DNA of 55,899 bases, taken from contig JAOZQT010000013.1 of the NCBI GenBank assembly GCA_029932075.1, positions 1-55,899 of the forward strand. The letters are read 5' to 3'. The notes beneath the pieces were generated by a model. The model did not search any database. It was not told the DNA's origin and saw only the letters and a list, made by a program, of their open reading frames with translations. The translations under genes and the position numbers were made by a program. Shown piece by piece: positions 11,001 to 19,086 of this stretch; positions within the stretch are counted from its first letter, which is position 1, and the number at the start of each line of letters is the position of its first letter. This DNA is from Anaerolineae bacterium (GTDB lineage Bacteria; Chloroflexota; Anaerolineae; 4572-78).

Positions 11001-12172
11001 ATTTGTGGGTGTTTGCCCTACCATTCATAGGAACGATTTTAGTATTGTATGTCATGTTCGGCGATTTGAGTTTTGATGTGGTGATTACTATTGCTATCTT
11101 TTCAATAGGCATGCTCCTTAGCAATTTTGCAGATGGCTTGACCGCCATTTTTTATGCCCATGAAAAAGCGGAATATCCAGCCGCCATCGCCTCGATTACG
11201 ACCTTAACTCGTGTTGGTGTTGGTTTGTTGGTGCTGTTACTTGGCTGGGGAATTATCGGTTTAGCAGGTGCTTCATTACTGGCAAATTTGGTATCATTCA
11301 TGGTTTTGAGTTATATTTTGATGGTCAAAATTTATCGCCCTTCATTCGATAATGACATATCTCTGCAAAAAGAAATGATGCGAGAAAGTTTGCCTTTAAT
11401 GCTAAATCATCTATTGGCAACCATATTTTTTCGGATTGATGTGTTTATTCTGGCACCGACATGGGGCGACGAATCGGTCGGTTATTACAACGCCGCCTAC
11501 AAATATATTGATGGCATTAACATCATTCCACAATATTTCACCCTAGCCATTTTCCCCTTGATGAGCAAATTCGCCTCCGATTCCCGCGACTCGTTGATAC
11601 GAGCATACAAATTAAGTTTACGTCTGTTGATTATGCTTGCCTTGCCCATCACCATTGGCACGCCATTTGTGGCTCATGAGCTAATTGGATTTTTGGCAGG
11701 TGAGAAATTCATTCCCGATTCGGTGATTGTTTTGCAGATATTAATTTTCTTTTTGCCCTTCAGTTTCATCAATCAAGTAACGCAATATGTCTTAATCGCC
11801 ATCAATCAACAACGCTTTTTAACACGTGCATTTGTAATAGGGGTCGCCTTCAACCTGATAACAAATATTATTTTTATCCCCAAATTTGGCTACCGAGCCG
11901 CCGCAGTCACCACAATTTTATCCGAATGGGTTTTGTTGATTCCATTTTACATGCTGGTCAAAAAACATTTATGCACTCTGCCATGGCTTGACATTGTATG
12001 GCGACCAATTGTGGCAGGTTTGGTGATGGGAGGGATATTGTGGTTTATGGGAGATATAGGATTTGTAATGACGGTAGTGATTGGCGGCAGTGTTTACTTG
12101 CTAGTGCTGACATTGGTGGGCGGTTTGAATCAAGAGGACATGGCGGTGGTATGGCGGCAATTCCCAAAATAA
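8096..12172 (+). CDS. Fusion protein: YfhO-family GT-C membrane glycosyltransferase (N-terminal ~850 aa) plus Wzx/MurJ-type (MOP superfamily) polysaccharide flippase domain (C-terminal ~480 aa)
   Basis: The N-terminal part has the YfhO-like architecture of many TM helices followed by a beta-rich extracytoplasmic domain. The C-terminal part from ~aa 880 (LVPMVMALTNRLIDFAFAMVMLRIL...) looks like 'polysaccharide biosynthesis protein' flippases with 12-14 TM helices. First ATG is at 8096 (TTG at 8087 is an alternative start). No strong RBS. Confidence 0.55.
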   Translation: MSNYIHKHDVISIIILFILPLIFFWQVTLGTKTLLPADNLFTFEPYHSFVDEFGIERVQNHLLSDLVLENYVWKRFIRESIAKRELPLWNPYIFAGQPFLANGQHSALYPLTILFYILPLENAYGWFTVIQLWLAGAFTYLFLRVLKANRWGALLAGIVYQLSGWFIFRIVFTMMVAGAVWLPFILAIIEIIIRKQEEKGEQSYSPIPYVTVGAIAVGMQVLAGHVEITYYILLVSAFYAACRLFFMWRKQVGVYGHNTIRLMAWLWVMMVIGLGLGAIQLIPFYEIGTSNFREGTTSLQQVQEWALPMRRIISFVMPNFFGSSAHTEYFDLVSKTWQPFGLNAHGEINPLCNYCATWDVKTAVEAGAYLGILPLILAGLAIYTGVRKSRFPVFIFGTLAILSLLFAFGTPLYALLFYGLPGWNQLHSPFRWIYPFTLSIAVLAGIGVTNLCASKRHDATTSRYVGGLLFWSGLIGMLAMFITFIFPTTLINIGQFVVDHSGLAQNAFADGRQFASYQWRNLLHFFSMVMASGAILRISLVNPSPSKRRGWGGVWKPLMLLIVVMDLMMSSMGFNPAVDPTLLDFTPPAIEWLQAQQKTDSLFRITSFDTSTGRGNKILNANTAMLNQLFDVRGYDSIISKQYLEFMLLIQENGDYLYNRIAPIYQPGYHALDSALLDLLGVRYVLTTETIPNESYRLVYDEEIKIYENIDVMPRAFVVTQSEHDIKDMAFALRSLNPREKVLIQDLGGRGDGQTKNVFENLSCFNNKKVSITEYTNNEVIISAEVFEPSWLVLADSYFPGWKAYISMTNSEEETEITIHRANGNFRAVHLPAGAWQIRFIYTPMSFKLGIYVSFLAGMILMFLFGYWSWGKLYRESETDSPIKRIAKNSLVPMVMALTNRLIDFAFAMVMLRILQPEGAGKFAFAVAFISMSDIITRYGLGTLVTREVAANRTETNSYLSNVTLLRMYLWVFALPFIGTILVLYVMFGDLSFDVVITIAIFSIGMLLSNFADGLTAIFYAHEKAEYPAAIASITTLTRVGVGLLVLLLGWGIIGLAGASLLANLVSFMVLSYILMVKIYRPSFDNDISLQKEMMRESLPLMLNHLLATIFFRIDVFILAPTWGDESVGYYNAAYKYIDGINIIPQYFTLAIFPLMSKFASDSRDSLIRAYKLSLRLLIMLALPITIGTPFVAHELIGFLAGEKFIPDSVIVLQILIFFLPFSFINQVTQYVLIAINQQRFLTRAFVIGVAFNLITNIIFIPKFGYRAAAVTTILSEWVLLIPFYMLVKKHLCTLPWLDIVWRPIVAGLVMGGILWFMGDIGFVMTVVIGGSVYLLVLTLVGGLNQEDMAVVWRQFPK
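9722..9755. repeat. Family-C GC-rich element (copy C2) embedded in-frame inside the YfhO/flippase CDS
   Basis: CCCTCCCCTTCAAAGAGGAGGGGCTGGGGTGGGG resembles copy C5 (CCTCCCTTTGAAGGGAGGGGTTGGGAATGGG). It encodes NPSPSKRRGWGGVW in a predicted loop right after a TM helix. Confidence 0.5.
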
Positions 12173-12232
12173 CAACTATTGGACTGTTAAATCTCGCATG
12201 GAACATCAAAGTTTGCTTTGACCATATCTATA

Positions 12233-12366
12233 CCAAAAAAGGGTTAGTTTTGTGAATACCATAAGCGGGTTTATGCCATAAACCTCTACATTAACACTGT
12301 TCACAAATGCAGGGGTTTGTGGCACAAACCACATGGTTTAAAATTACAATTTTTACCCTTAGCAAG
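12233..12366. repeat. Family-E 134-bp repeat, copy E1, between convergent genes
   Basis: Over 90% identical to 50163-50296. It contains internal palindromes (GGTTTATGCCATAAACC; GGTTTGTGGCACAAACC; TGTGAATA/TGTTCACAAA). It is preceded by a family-A-like fragment (CAAAGTTTGCTTTGACCAT) at ~12205. Confidence 0.6.
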
Positions 12367-12382
12367 TATATATACCGCAAAA

Positions 12383-14752
12383 TCAAACTAACATAGTTTT
12401 CAAAACAACATCCATGTTATCAGCTAAAATGAAATCTAGCTTATCACGTACCTTTTGGGGAATTTCAACCAAATCTTTTTCGTTGCGTTTGGGGATGACC
12501 ACCGTTTCTAAGCCTGCACGATGAGCCGCCATAACTTTGACGCGTAAACCACCCACAGGCAAAATATTACCTTGTAAAGTGATTTCTCCTGTTGTGGCAA
12601 TGGTTCGTTTTACTGGTCGTTTGCTAAAAGCAGAAATTAATGCTGTAGCCACAGTAACACCTGCACTGGGACCGTCTTTTGATACGGCACCTTCAGGAAC
12701 ATGAATGTGAACATCTATATGTGTAAAGCAGGTCGGGTCAATACCGTAACGGTCTGCATTTGTTCTGGTGTATGATAAAGCTGCCTGAGCCGATTCTTGC
12801 ATTACCTTGCCTAATTTACCCGTTAATGTTAATTTGCCTTGCCCTTCATAAACACCTACTTCAATAAATACTATATCACCCCCAGCGGCTGTCCAAGCCA
12901 AACCTGTTGCTACACCAATTTCATCAACGGCATTAAGAAATTGGTTGACATATTTTGGAACACCTAAGTATTTGGCTAAGGACTCAATCTTAATCAGACA
13001 GGGTGAATTTATCCCCTCCATAAATTGACGAACAACTTTTCGACAAATCTTGCCTAATTGACGGTCTAAATCTCGTACTCCTGACTCATAAGTGTAGGTA
13101 CGAATGGCATGGCGAACGGCTTCATCATCAAAAGCCAGTTCCTCCAAAGTAAGAGCATGTTCATCTAGGTGGCGAGGGATGAGAAAATTTGTGGCAATAG
13201 CAAATTTTTCGCTATCAATATAGCCTGGAAACTCAATAACTTCCATGCGGTCAATCAACGATGGAGGGATGGTATCTAATGTATTTGCAGTGGCTATAAA
13301 TAACACTTGCGATAGATTGTATGGCAAATCAAGATAGTTGTCTACAAAGACATTGTTTTGTTCGGGGTCTAAGACTTCTAAAAGAGCTGCCGCCGGGTCG
13401 CCGCGATATTCAGTACCTATTTTATCAATTTCATCTAAAACAATCAATGGATTAATTGTCCCAACACGTTTTATTGTTTGAATGATACGACCGGGCATTG
13501 CTCCGATATATGTGCGACGATGTCCACGAATTTGAGCCTCATCTCGCATGCCACCAAGACTTAAGTTAGCATATTTTCGACCAAGTGCCTCAGCAATAGA
13601 ACGCCCTAGTGTGGTCTTTCCTGTGCCAGGTGGACCGACAAAACATAAAATTGGGGTGCGTAAACTTGTCTGCCCTTTCGTCCGCGAACGAACAGCAATG
13701 TATTCTAATATCCGCTCTTTGACTCGTTTTAATCCGTAATGATTTTTGTTTAATATCGTTTTTGCATGATGAATATCTAATTGTTCCTGGCTCGCCTCTG
13801 ACCATGGTAAGTCTAAAATCAGGTTCAAGTAATTGCGAATTATACCTACTTCAGGAGCAGTATGAGGTGTACTTTCCAAACGGCTTAATTCCTTTTTCAC
13901 TTTCAGATGCACACTGGGTGGTAAGGCAAGCGATTCGAGTTGCGTACCTAATTCATGCACTTCTGCTAGGTAGCTATCTTTCTCACCGAGTTCCTGTTGA
14001 ATAACCCGCAACTGTTCTCGCAAGAAAAATTCTCGTTGCGTTTCATCAATCTCGCGTCGAACCTGATTTTGGATACGTCCTTGTAACTCCTGTATGTCTA
14101 ATTCTTGGGTTAAAATAGAACTAAGGCGTTGTAGACGTATTGTTGGTTTAATAACAGGTAATAAATCTTGACGTTCCTGTAATTTAAGGTCAACAACGGA
14201 AGCCACAAAATCTGTCAGATGACTCGGTGATACGATTTCTTTAGCCATCGTCAATACTTCATAGGAAATGGCATGATTTAGTTGGGCAAGTTTTTCTAGC
14301 ACATTGACAATCATCCGCATTTGAGCTTCGATTATTGTCGTATTATCGAGTTCAGACGATTCGTGTAATAGTTCTGCTTGCACAACAGCATAAGGTTTAC
14401 TTTGTACCCATTGTGTAATCCTCACTCGTTTAATCCCTTCTAATAAAACTATTGTTACATTGTTGGGTATAGGCATGTAACGGATAATTGAAGCCAAAAC
14501 TCCAAACTCATACACATCATCAGGTTTGGGATTATTTAAAAATGTGCTACGCGGGCTACTGACAATAACACTCATTCCCTTTTGAATCATCATCTTTACA
14601 GCCGCTAATTCTTCCTTATGAACAATATGCATGGAAGTAACGATATTAGGAAACAATACCTTCTGCCGCATAACCAGAAGTGGTCTTTCTATCATATCTA
14701 TCGCGTTGATATTTACCGAATTTGTTTTTCCGATTTCCGATTCCACTTTCAT
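12383..14752 (-). CDS. lon: ATP-dependent Lon protease (LonA type)
   Basis: Lon N-terminal domain, AAA+ Walker A (GPPGTGKTT), and an S16 protease domain with the catalytic Ser motif DGPSAGVT plus a downstream Lys (TGEITLQGNILPVGGLRVKV). Start is ATG 14752 after RBS GAGGAAC. The track start 14761 is a TTG inside the RBS. Confidence 0.9.
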   Translation of the reverse strand: MKVESEIGKTNSVNINAIDMIERPLLVMRQKVLFPNIVTSMHIVHKEELAAVKMMIQKGMSVIVSSPRSTFLNNPKPDDVYEFGVLASIIRYMPIPNNVTIVLLEGIKRVRITQWVQSKPYAVVQAELLHESSELDNTTIIEAQMRMIVNVLEKLAQLNHAISYEVLTMAKEIVSPSHLTDFVASVVDLKLQERQDLLPVIKPTIRLQRLSSILTQELDIQELQGRIQNQVRREIDETQREFFLREQLRVIQQELGEKDSYLAEVHELGTQLESLALPPSVHLKVKKELSRLESTPHTAPEVGIIRNYLNLILDLPWSEASQEQLDIHHAKTILNKNHYGLKRVKERILEYIAVRSRTKGQTSLRTPILCFVGPPGTGKTTLGRSIAEALGRKYANLSLGGMRDEAQIRGHRRTYIGAMPGRIIQTIKRVGTINPLIVLDEIDKIGTEYRGDPAAALLEVLDPEQNNVFVDNYLDLPYNLSQVLFIATANTLDTIPPSLIDRMEVIEFPGYIDSEKFAIATNFLIPRHLDEHALTLEELAFDDEAVRHAIRTYTYESGVRDLDRQLGKICRKVVRQFMEGINSPCLIKIESLAKYLGVPKYVNQFLNAVDEIGVATGLAWTAAGGDIVFIEVGVYEGQGKLTLTGKLGKVMQESAQAALSYTRTNADRYGIDPTCFTHIDVHIHVPEGAVSKDGPSAGVTVATALISAFSKRPVKRTIATTGEITLQGNILPVGGLRVKVMAAHRAGLETVVIPKRNEKDLVEIPQKVRDKLDFILADNMDVVLKTMLV

Positions 14753-15005
14753 GTTCCTCAATTAAAACTAAGCAAATTTATGCTCAATATACCACAGGGT
14801 TGCGAAAAATGACAATTGATGGCACATTGTTTGATTAATTGATTTTTCTTGTTTCCCAACCCAAGACTGTTTTGGGTTGAGAAAACGGTTATCAATTTGG
14901 CAAAACAGAACGAAAAGATTATAATACCATGCAGGACAGGCATCTTGCCTGCTTTGACTATTGCTCACAGTCAAAATTACCATGATACATGATGAGTACA
15001 CAAAC

Positions 15006-16601
15006 ATGCGAAAATTTTTTTCTTATGGACCGTTAAGTAAAACCCAACATTATTATGTGCCCCGCACCCAATTGATTGAATTTGGGATAAATCAATTAGT
15101 CGGGCATCCTCATGAGGAAGGTGGACATTACATCACCGTTTGGGCTCCACGTCAACGGGGTAAGTCATGGATAATGCAACAGGTATTATGGCAGTTGCAG
15201 GAAGATGAGCGGTTTGATGTTGTAAAGTTGAGCCTGCAACATTTAACTGATTTAGCTGATATTAATACGGTCATGAATGTTATTGCCGAAGAAATGACTC
15301 AATTTTTAGGATACGAGACTATTCGTGTCAACGACCCACGTGATTTTGCTCGTTTGTTTAGCAAAAGTGTTTTACAAAAACCATTGATATTGATGCTTGA
15401 TGAGTTTGATTCTTTGCACCCTGAAGCTATAGGGCATGTGGTGCGTGCCTTTCGTAATATTTATAATTTGAGAAGAGACTCATCACTTCCTACTGAACAA
15501 AAACCATATCTATTGCATAGTGTAGCATTGATTGGGGTGCGGGCGGTTTTGGGAGTAGATACCATGAGCGGTTCACCTTTCAATGTGCAACGGAGCATGC
15601 ATATTCCAAATTTGACCTACGAAGAAGTGGATTCTATGTTTCATTGGTATGAGCAAGAGAGTGGACAAACTGTCGAGCAAGATGTGATTGACCGCTTGTT
15701 TCATGTCTTGCAAGGGCAACCAGGCTTGACGGGTTGGTTCGGCGAATTGTTGACCGAAACGTATAACAAACATCATCCGACCATTGCTATGAACGACTTT
15801 GACTTAGTGTACAAAACGGCAGTTCAAGCATTGCCCAATGCCAACATCTTGAATATTGTCAGTAAGGCAAAACAAGACCCGTACCGTGAAACGGTGTTGA
15901 GTCTTTTTGAAACAGATGAGAAAGTTCCTTTTAAGTATGACAAACCGAATATAGCTTATCTCTATTTGAATGGAGTTATTGATGAAGAGGTAGATAAAGA
16001 AAATGAGCGACATGTTAAGTTTCCATGTCAATTTGTCCAAGAACGGTTATTCAATTATTTTTCATCTATGCTTTATCAAAGCATGAATCGTTTGTATGAC
16101 CCGTTTATGGATTTAGTGCCATACATCACTGAAACTACCTTGAATATCAAGGGCATATTGCAATTGTATGAGCAGTATGTGCATAAAAATGATGATTGGC
16201 TTTTCCGCGAAGCTCCACGTCGTAAAACTGATTTTCGTATCATGGAAGCAACCTATCATTTCAATTTGTTCATGTACTTGAGCAAGTTCATACGAAAGCG
16301 TGGTGGGCAGGTGATTCCTGAATTTCCAACGGGCAATGGCAAGGTTGATTTGATTATTCAACATGGTGGCAAAATCCATGCCATTGAAGTAAAGAGTTTC
16401 AGTGATGCCTACGAATTGAAAAAAGGAATCGGTCAAGCGGCTGAATACGGTAAGCAACTTGGTTTAACTAAAATTGTGCTGGCAACGTTTGTAGAAAATA
16501 TCCCATCTGATTTTCGGCAAAAGCATGAGGTTATTGAAACGGATGAGGAAACAGGCGTAACTGTGGAGGTTGTTTTTGTGAATGTGATTCAACCGCGATA
16601 G
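15006..16601 (+). CDS. AAA-ATPase-like domain protein with a C-terminal PD-(D/E)XK nuclease-like domain
   Basis: N-terminal RQRGKSW motif resembling the 'predicted AAA-ATPase' family (RPRRFGKS). C-terminal GNGKVDLIIQHGGKIHAIEVKSF resembles the PDDEXK_9-type motif. First ATG is at 15006; in-frame alternatives are TTG 14961 and ATG 14982. Confidence 0.6.
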   Translation: MRKFFSYGPLSKTQHYYVPRTQLIEFGINQLVGHPHEEGGHYITVWAPRQRGKSWIMQQVLWQLQEDERFDVVKLSLQHLTDLADINTVMNVIAEEMTQFLGYETIRVNDPRDFARLFSKSVLQKPLILMLDEFDSLHPEAIGHVVRAFRNIYNLRRDSSLPTEQKPYLLHSVALIGVRAVLGVDTMSGSPFNVQRSMHIPNLTYEEVDSMFHWYEQESGQTVEQDVIDRLFHVLQGQPGLTGWFGELLTETYNKHHPTIAMNDFDLVYKTAVQALPNANILNIVSKAKQDPYRETVLSLFETDEKVPFKYDKPNIAYLYLNGVIDEEVDKENERHVKFPCQFVQERLFNYFSSMLYQSMNRLYDPFMDLVPYITETTLNIKGILQLYEQYVHKNDDWLFREAPRRKTDFRIMEATYHFNLFMYLSKFIRKRGGQVIPEFPTGNGKVDLIIQHGGKIHAIEVKSFSDAYELKKGIGQAAEYGKQLGLTKIVLATFVENIPSDFRQKHEVIETDEETGVTVEVVFVNVIQPR

Positions 16602-16603
16602 TA

Positions 16604-16848
16604 GACCCCACCCCTAGGGCTGTTCAATGCTAAATAAGATATTGGATTTCGTACCTCAATCTTATCCATGGGGTATTGTTTTTAACAGAATATGTAGAGA
16701 TTTATGGTATAAATCCTACACGATGATAAGACATGTGTCCCATATTCCTACCATGTTCTACCTGAAAAAATAGCATTGAACAGCTCTGAATAGTAAGGGC
16801 GTACGCCCGTACGCCCTTACAACTGGCATTGAACAGCCCTGGTAGGGT
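16604..16848. repeat. Repeat-dense intergenic region of nested small palindromic/dispersed elements (families B and C fragments)
   Basis: GACCCCACCCCTAGGGCTGTTCAATGCTAAAT at 16604-16635. A perfect 12+4+12 palindrome GTAAGGGCGTAC-GCCC-GTACGCCCTTAC at 16793-16820 is flanked by 12-bp direct repeats GCATTGAACAGC (16773-16784 and 16826-16837). The B motif TTAGCATTRAACAGCCCT recurs at 25550 and 45524. Confidence 0.55.
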
Positions 16849-16944
16849 GAACGGTTACGTTCCGTTTTACGGATTGTTTTCCTGAATTTGTTAAAAAATT
16901 GAGATTGATATATAATGGCAATAATTTTGACATAATCAACATGG

Positions 16945-18270
16945 ATGAACAAAAAAATGAAACGATACGAATCATGGGGAAAATACCCCACTGCACATCA
17001 TAAAATTTACCCGCTTCAATGGCGAACCGATAAATTAGACATGGCAACATTTGATAGAACGGTTTTGCCATTCGGACAGGGACGTAGTTATGGCGATAGC
17101 TGTTTGAATGATGGAGGAATCCTGCTCGATACTGAAGGATTAAATCGCCTAATTTCTTTCGACAGAGAAAAAGGTATCTTGCGATGCGAAGCAGGTTTAA
17201 CGCTGGACAAAATTTTGGAATTGATTGTTCCACAAGGTTGGTTTTTTCCTGTAACTCCTGGCACAAAATATGTTTCAGTTGGAGGGTGTATTGCTAATGA
17301 TGTACATGGCAAAACACACCATCGGGAAGGTACGTTTGGGCATCATGTTTCATGCTTTGAGTTGATGCGTTCTAACGGTGAGCGATTGCTATGCTCCCCG
17401 ACCGAAAATGAGGAGTTGTTTAGGGCAACAATTGGCGGACTAGGCTTGACAGGATTAATCACTTGGGCAGAATTAACTCTAAAGCCCATCAAGAGTCCCT
17501 TCATTCGCATGGAAAGCATCAAGTTTGAAAACCTTGATAAATTTTTTGAGGTTTCGGCAGAATCGGATGAAAAATTTGAGGCAACCATGGCTTGGGTAGA
17601 TTGTCTTTCTCAAGGTGAGTCATTGGGACGAGGCATATTCATGGGCGGCAATTTTGCTGAACCTCCCTTTGACAAAACCCCCACTGGTCGCAGTAAAACA
17701 TTATTTACTGTTCCCATAAATGCCCCAAATTTTGCCCTGAACACCTTAACCAGTCGAGCTTTTAATTATTTGTACTACAACAAACAACGAATAAAAATCC
17801 AAAGAAGTTTGCTCTATTATGAACCGTTTTTCTATCCATTAGATATCCTTGACCAATGGAATCGCATCTACGGAAATAGAGGATTTATGCAGTATCAATT
17901 TGTTGTGCCGTATACAGATTATAATGCTATTCGCACCATTTTCCAAAAGATTGCCGAGTCAGGCTTGGGGTCATTTCTGGCAGTGCTAAAAACGTTCGGA
18001 GATATTCCATCGTTGGGCATAATGTCTTTTCCACGTCAGGGAGTCAATTTAGCTCTTGATTTTCCTAATGACGGGACTAAAACATTTAACCTTTTGGAAC
18101 AGCTCGACCAAATTGTTAAGGCAAATAATGGTTTGGTCTATCCTGCTAAAGATGCCCGCATGTCCGCTGATAGCTTTCAGTCATTTTATCCGCAATGGCA
18201 TGAATTTGCCAAATATATTGACCCTAAGTTTTCATCTAGTTTTTGGCGGAGAGTAACAGTAAGCAAGTAG
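16945..18270 (+). CDS. FAD-dependent oxidoreductase, DprE1 homolog (decaprenylphosphoryl-beta-D-ribose 2'-oxidase-like)
   Basis: Long colinear match to M. tuberculosis DprE1, e.g. RSYGDSCLNDGGILLD...VTPGTKYVSVGGCIANDVHGKTHHREGTFGHHV versus RSYGDNAQNGGGLVID...[33 protein letters not shown]. Also QYQFVVPY versus QYQFVIPT. Confidence 0.8.
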   Translation: MNKKMKRYESWGKYPTAHHKIYPLQWRTDKLDMATFDRTVLPFGQGRSYGDSCLNDGGILLDTEGLNRLISFDREKGILRCEAGLTLDKILELIVPQGWFFPVTPGTKYVSVGGCIANDVHGKTHHREGTFGHHVSCFELMRSNGERLLCSPTENEELFRATIGGLGLTGLITWAELTLKPIKSPFIRMESIKFENLDKFFEVSAESDEKFEATMAWVDCLSQGESLGRGIFMGGNFAEPPFDKTPTGRSKTLFTVPINAPNFALNTLTSRAFNYLYYNKQRIKIQRSLLYYEPFFYPLDILDQWNRIYGNRGFMQYQFVVPYTDYNAIRTIFQKIAESGLGSFLAVLKTFGDIPSLGIMSFPRQGVNLALDFPNDGTKTFNLLEQLDQIVKANNGLVYPAKDARMSADSFQSFYPQWHEFAKYIDPKFSSSFWRRVTVSK

Positions 18271-18332
18271 GTTGGGCATTTGCCCGCCTGCTAAACAAAC
18301 AGGATGTCCGTTCTATATGAGGAGATATAACA

Positions 18333-19070
18333 ATGCACAAGATTTTAATTATCGGAGCCACTTCAGCAATTGCACAAGCTACAGCCACATATTTTGCAGC
18401 CGATGGTAACATGTTCTTCTTAGTAGCTCGTAATCAAGACCGATTACAAATAGTAACAGATGACTTGAAAGCACGAGGAGCAAATCAGGTCAGTTTTACG
18501 GCTATGGATGTTAATGAATTTGACCGCCATGAGCCTGTTATCCAAGAAGCTACCGAATCTATGCATGGCTTGAATATGGTGCTAATCGCACATGGCACGT
18601 TAGGTGACCAAAAAGTTGGGGAAAAAGATTATCATGTAGCAGAAGAGGAATTAAAAACAAATCTGTTAAGCACAATATCACTTTGTACAATTTTGGCTAA
18701 TCAGTTTGAATCCCAACGACATGGTACTTTAGCCGTAATCACCTCTGTGGCTGGGGATAGAGGTCGTCAGAGCAATTATATTTATGGTACTGCTCAAGGA
18801 GCAAAAAGCATTTTCTTGCAAGGGCTACGCAACCGTCTAAGCCATGCGGGTGTTCAGGTGCTGACCATCAAGCCAGGTTTCATTGACACGCCCATGACAG
18901 CTCATCTGAAAAAAGGATTGCTTTTTGTTAAACCCGAAGTGGCGGGCAAAGCAATCTATCATGCAATTATCAAAAATAAAGATATTGCTTATGTACCTTC
19001 GTTTTGGTGGTTTATTATGACGGTAATTAAGTTGATACCCGAAGGAATTTTTAAGCGATTACGATTGTGA
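18333..19070 (+). CDS. Short-chain dehydrogenase, DprE2 homolog (decaprenylphosphoryl-2-keto-ribose reductase-like)
   Basis: Colinear match to M. tuberculosis DprE2 over the C-terminal 150 aa, e.g. NYIYGTAQGAKSIFLQGL...VQVLTIKPGFIDTPMTAHLKKG...IPEGIFKRLRL versus NFVYGSTKAGLDGFYLGL...[22 protein letters not shown]...IPRSIFRKLPI. RBS GAGGAGA. It lies 62 bp after the DprE1 homolog. Confidence 0.8.
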   Translation: MHKILIIGATSAIAQATATYFAADGNMFFLVARNQDRLQIVTDDLKARGANQVSFTAMDVNEFDRHEPVIQEATESMHGLNMVLIAHGTLGDQKVGEKDYHVAEEELKTNLLSTISLCTILANQFESQRHGTLAVITSVAGDRGRQSNYIYGTAQGAKSIFLQGLRNRLSHAGVQVLTIKPGFIDTPMTAHLKKGLLFVKPEVAGKAIYHAIIKNKDIAYVPSFWWFIMTVIKLIPEGIFKRLRL

Positions 19071-19086
19071 GGTATTGCGGTTGAAT

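Noticed and set aside
7350-14761. Track start codons at 7350 (GTG), 14761 (TTG), 29293 (GTG), 19935, 39538 and 52628
   Set aside because: In each case the non-ATG or upstream start lies inside or upstream of an obvious Shine-Dalgarno sequence that is correctly spaced for a downstream ATG (7359, 14752, 29281, 19869, 39433, 52676). For 39538 the extension would also translate through a dispersed palindrome.
16817-17266. 149-aa minus-strand ORF overlapping the start of the DprE1-like gene, and other antisense ORFs inside large genes (e.g. 8311-8868, 23330-23722, 13590-13805)
   Set aside because: They are embedded in or antisense to well-supported conserved genes, with no RBS and no recognisable domains. 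They are typical artefacts in long coding regions.
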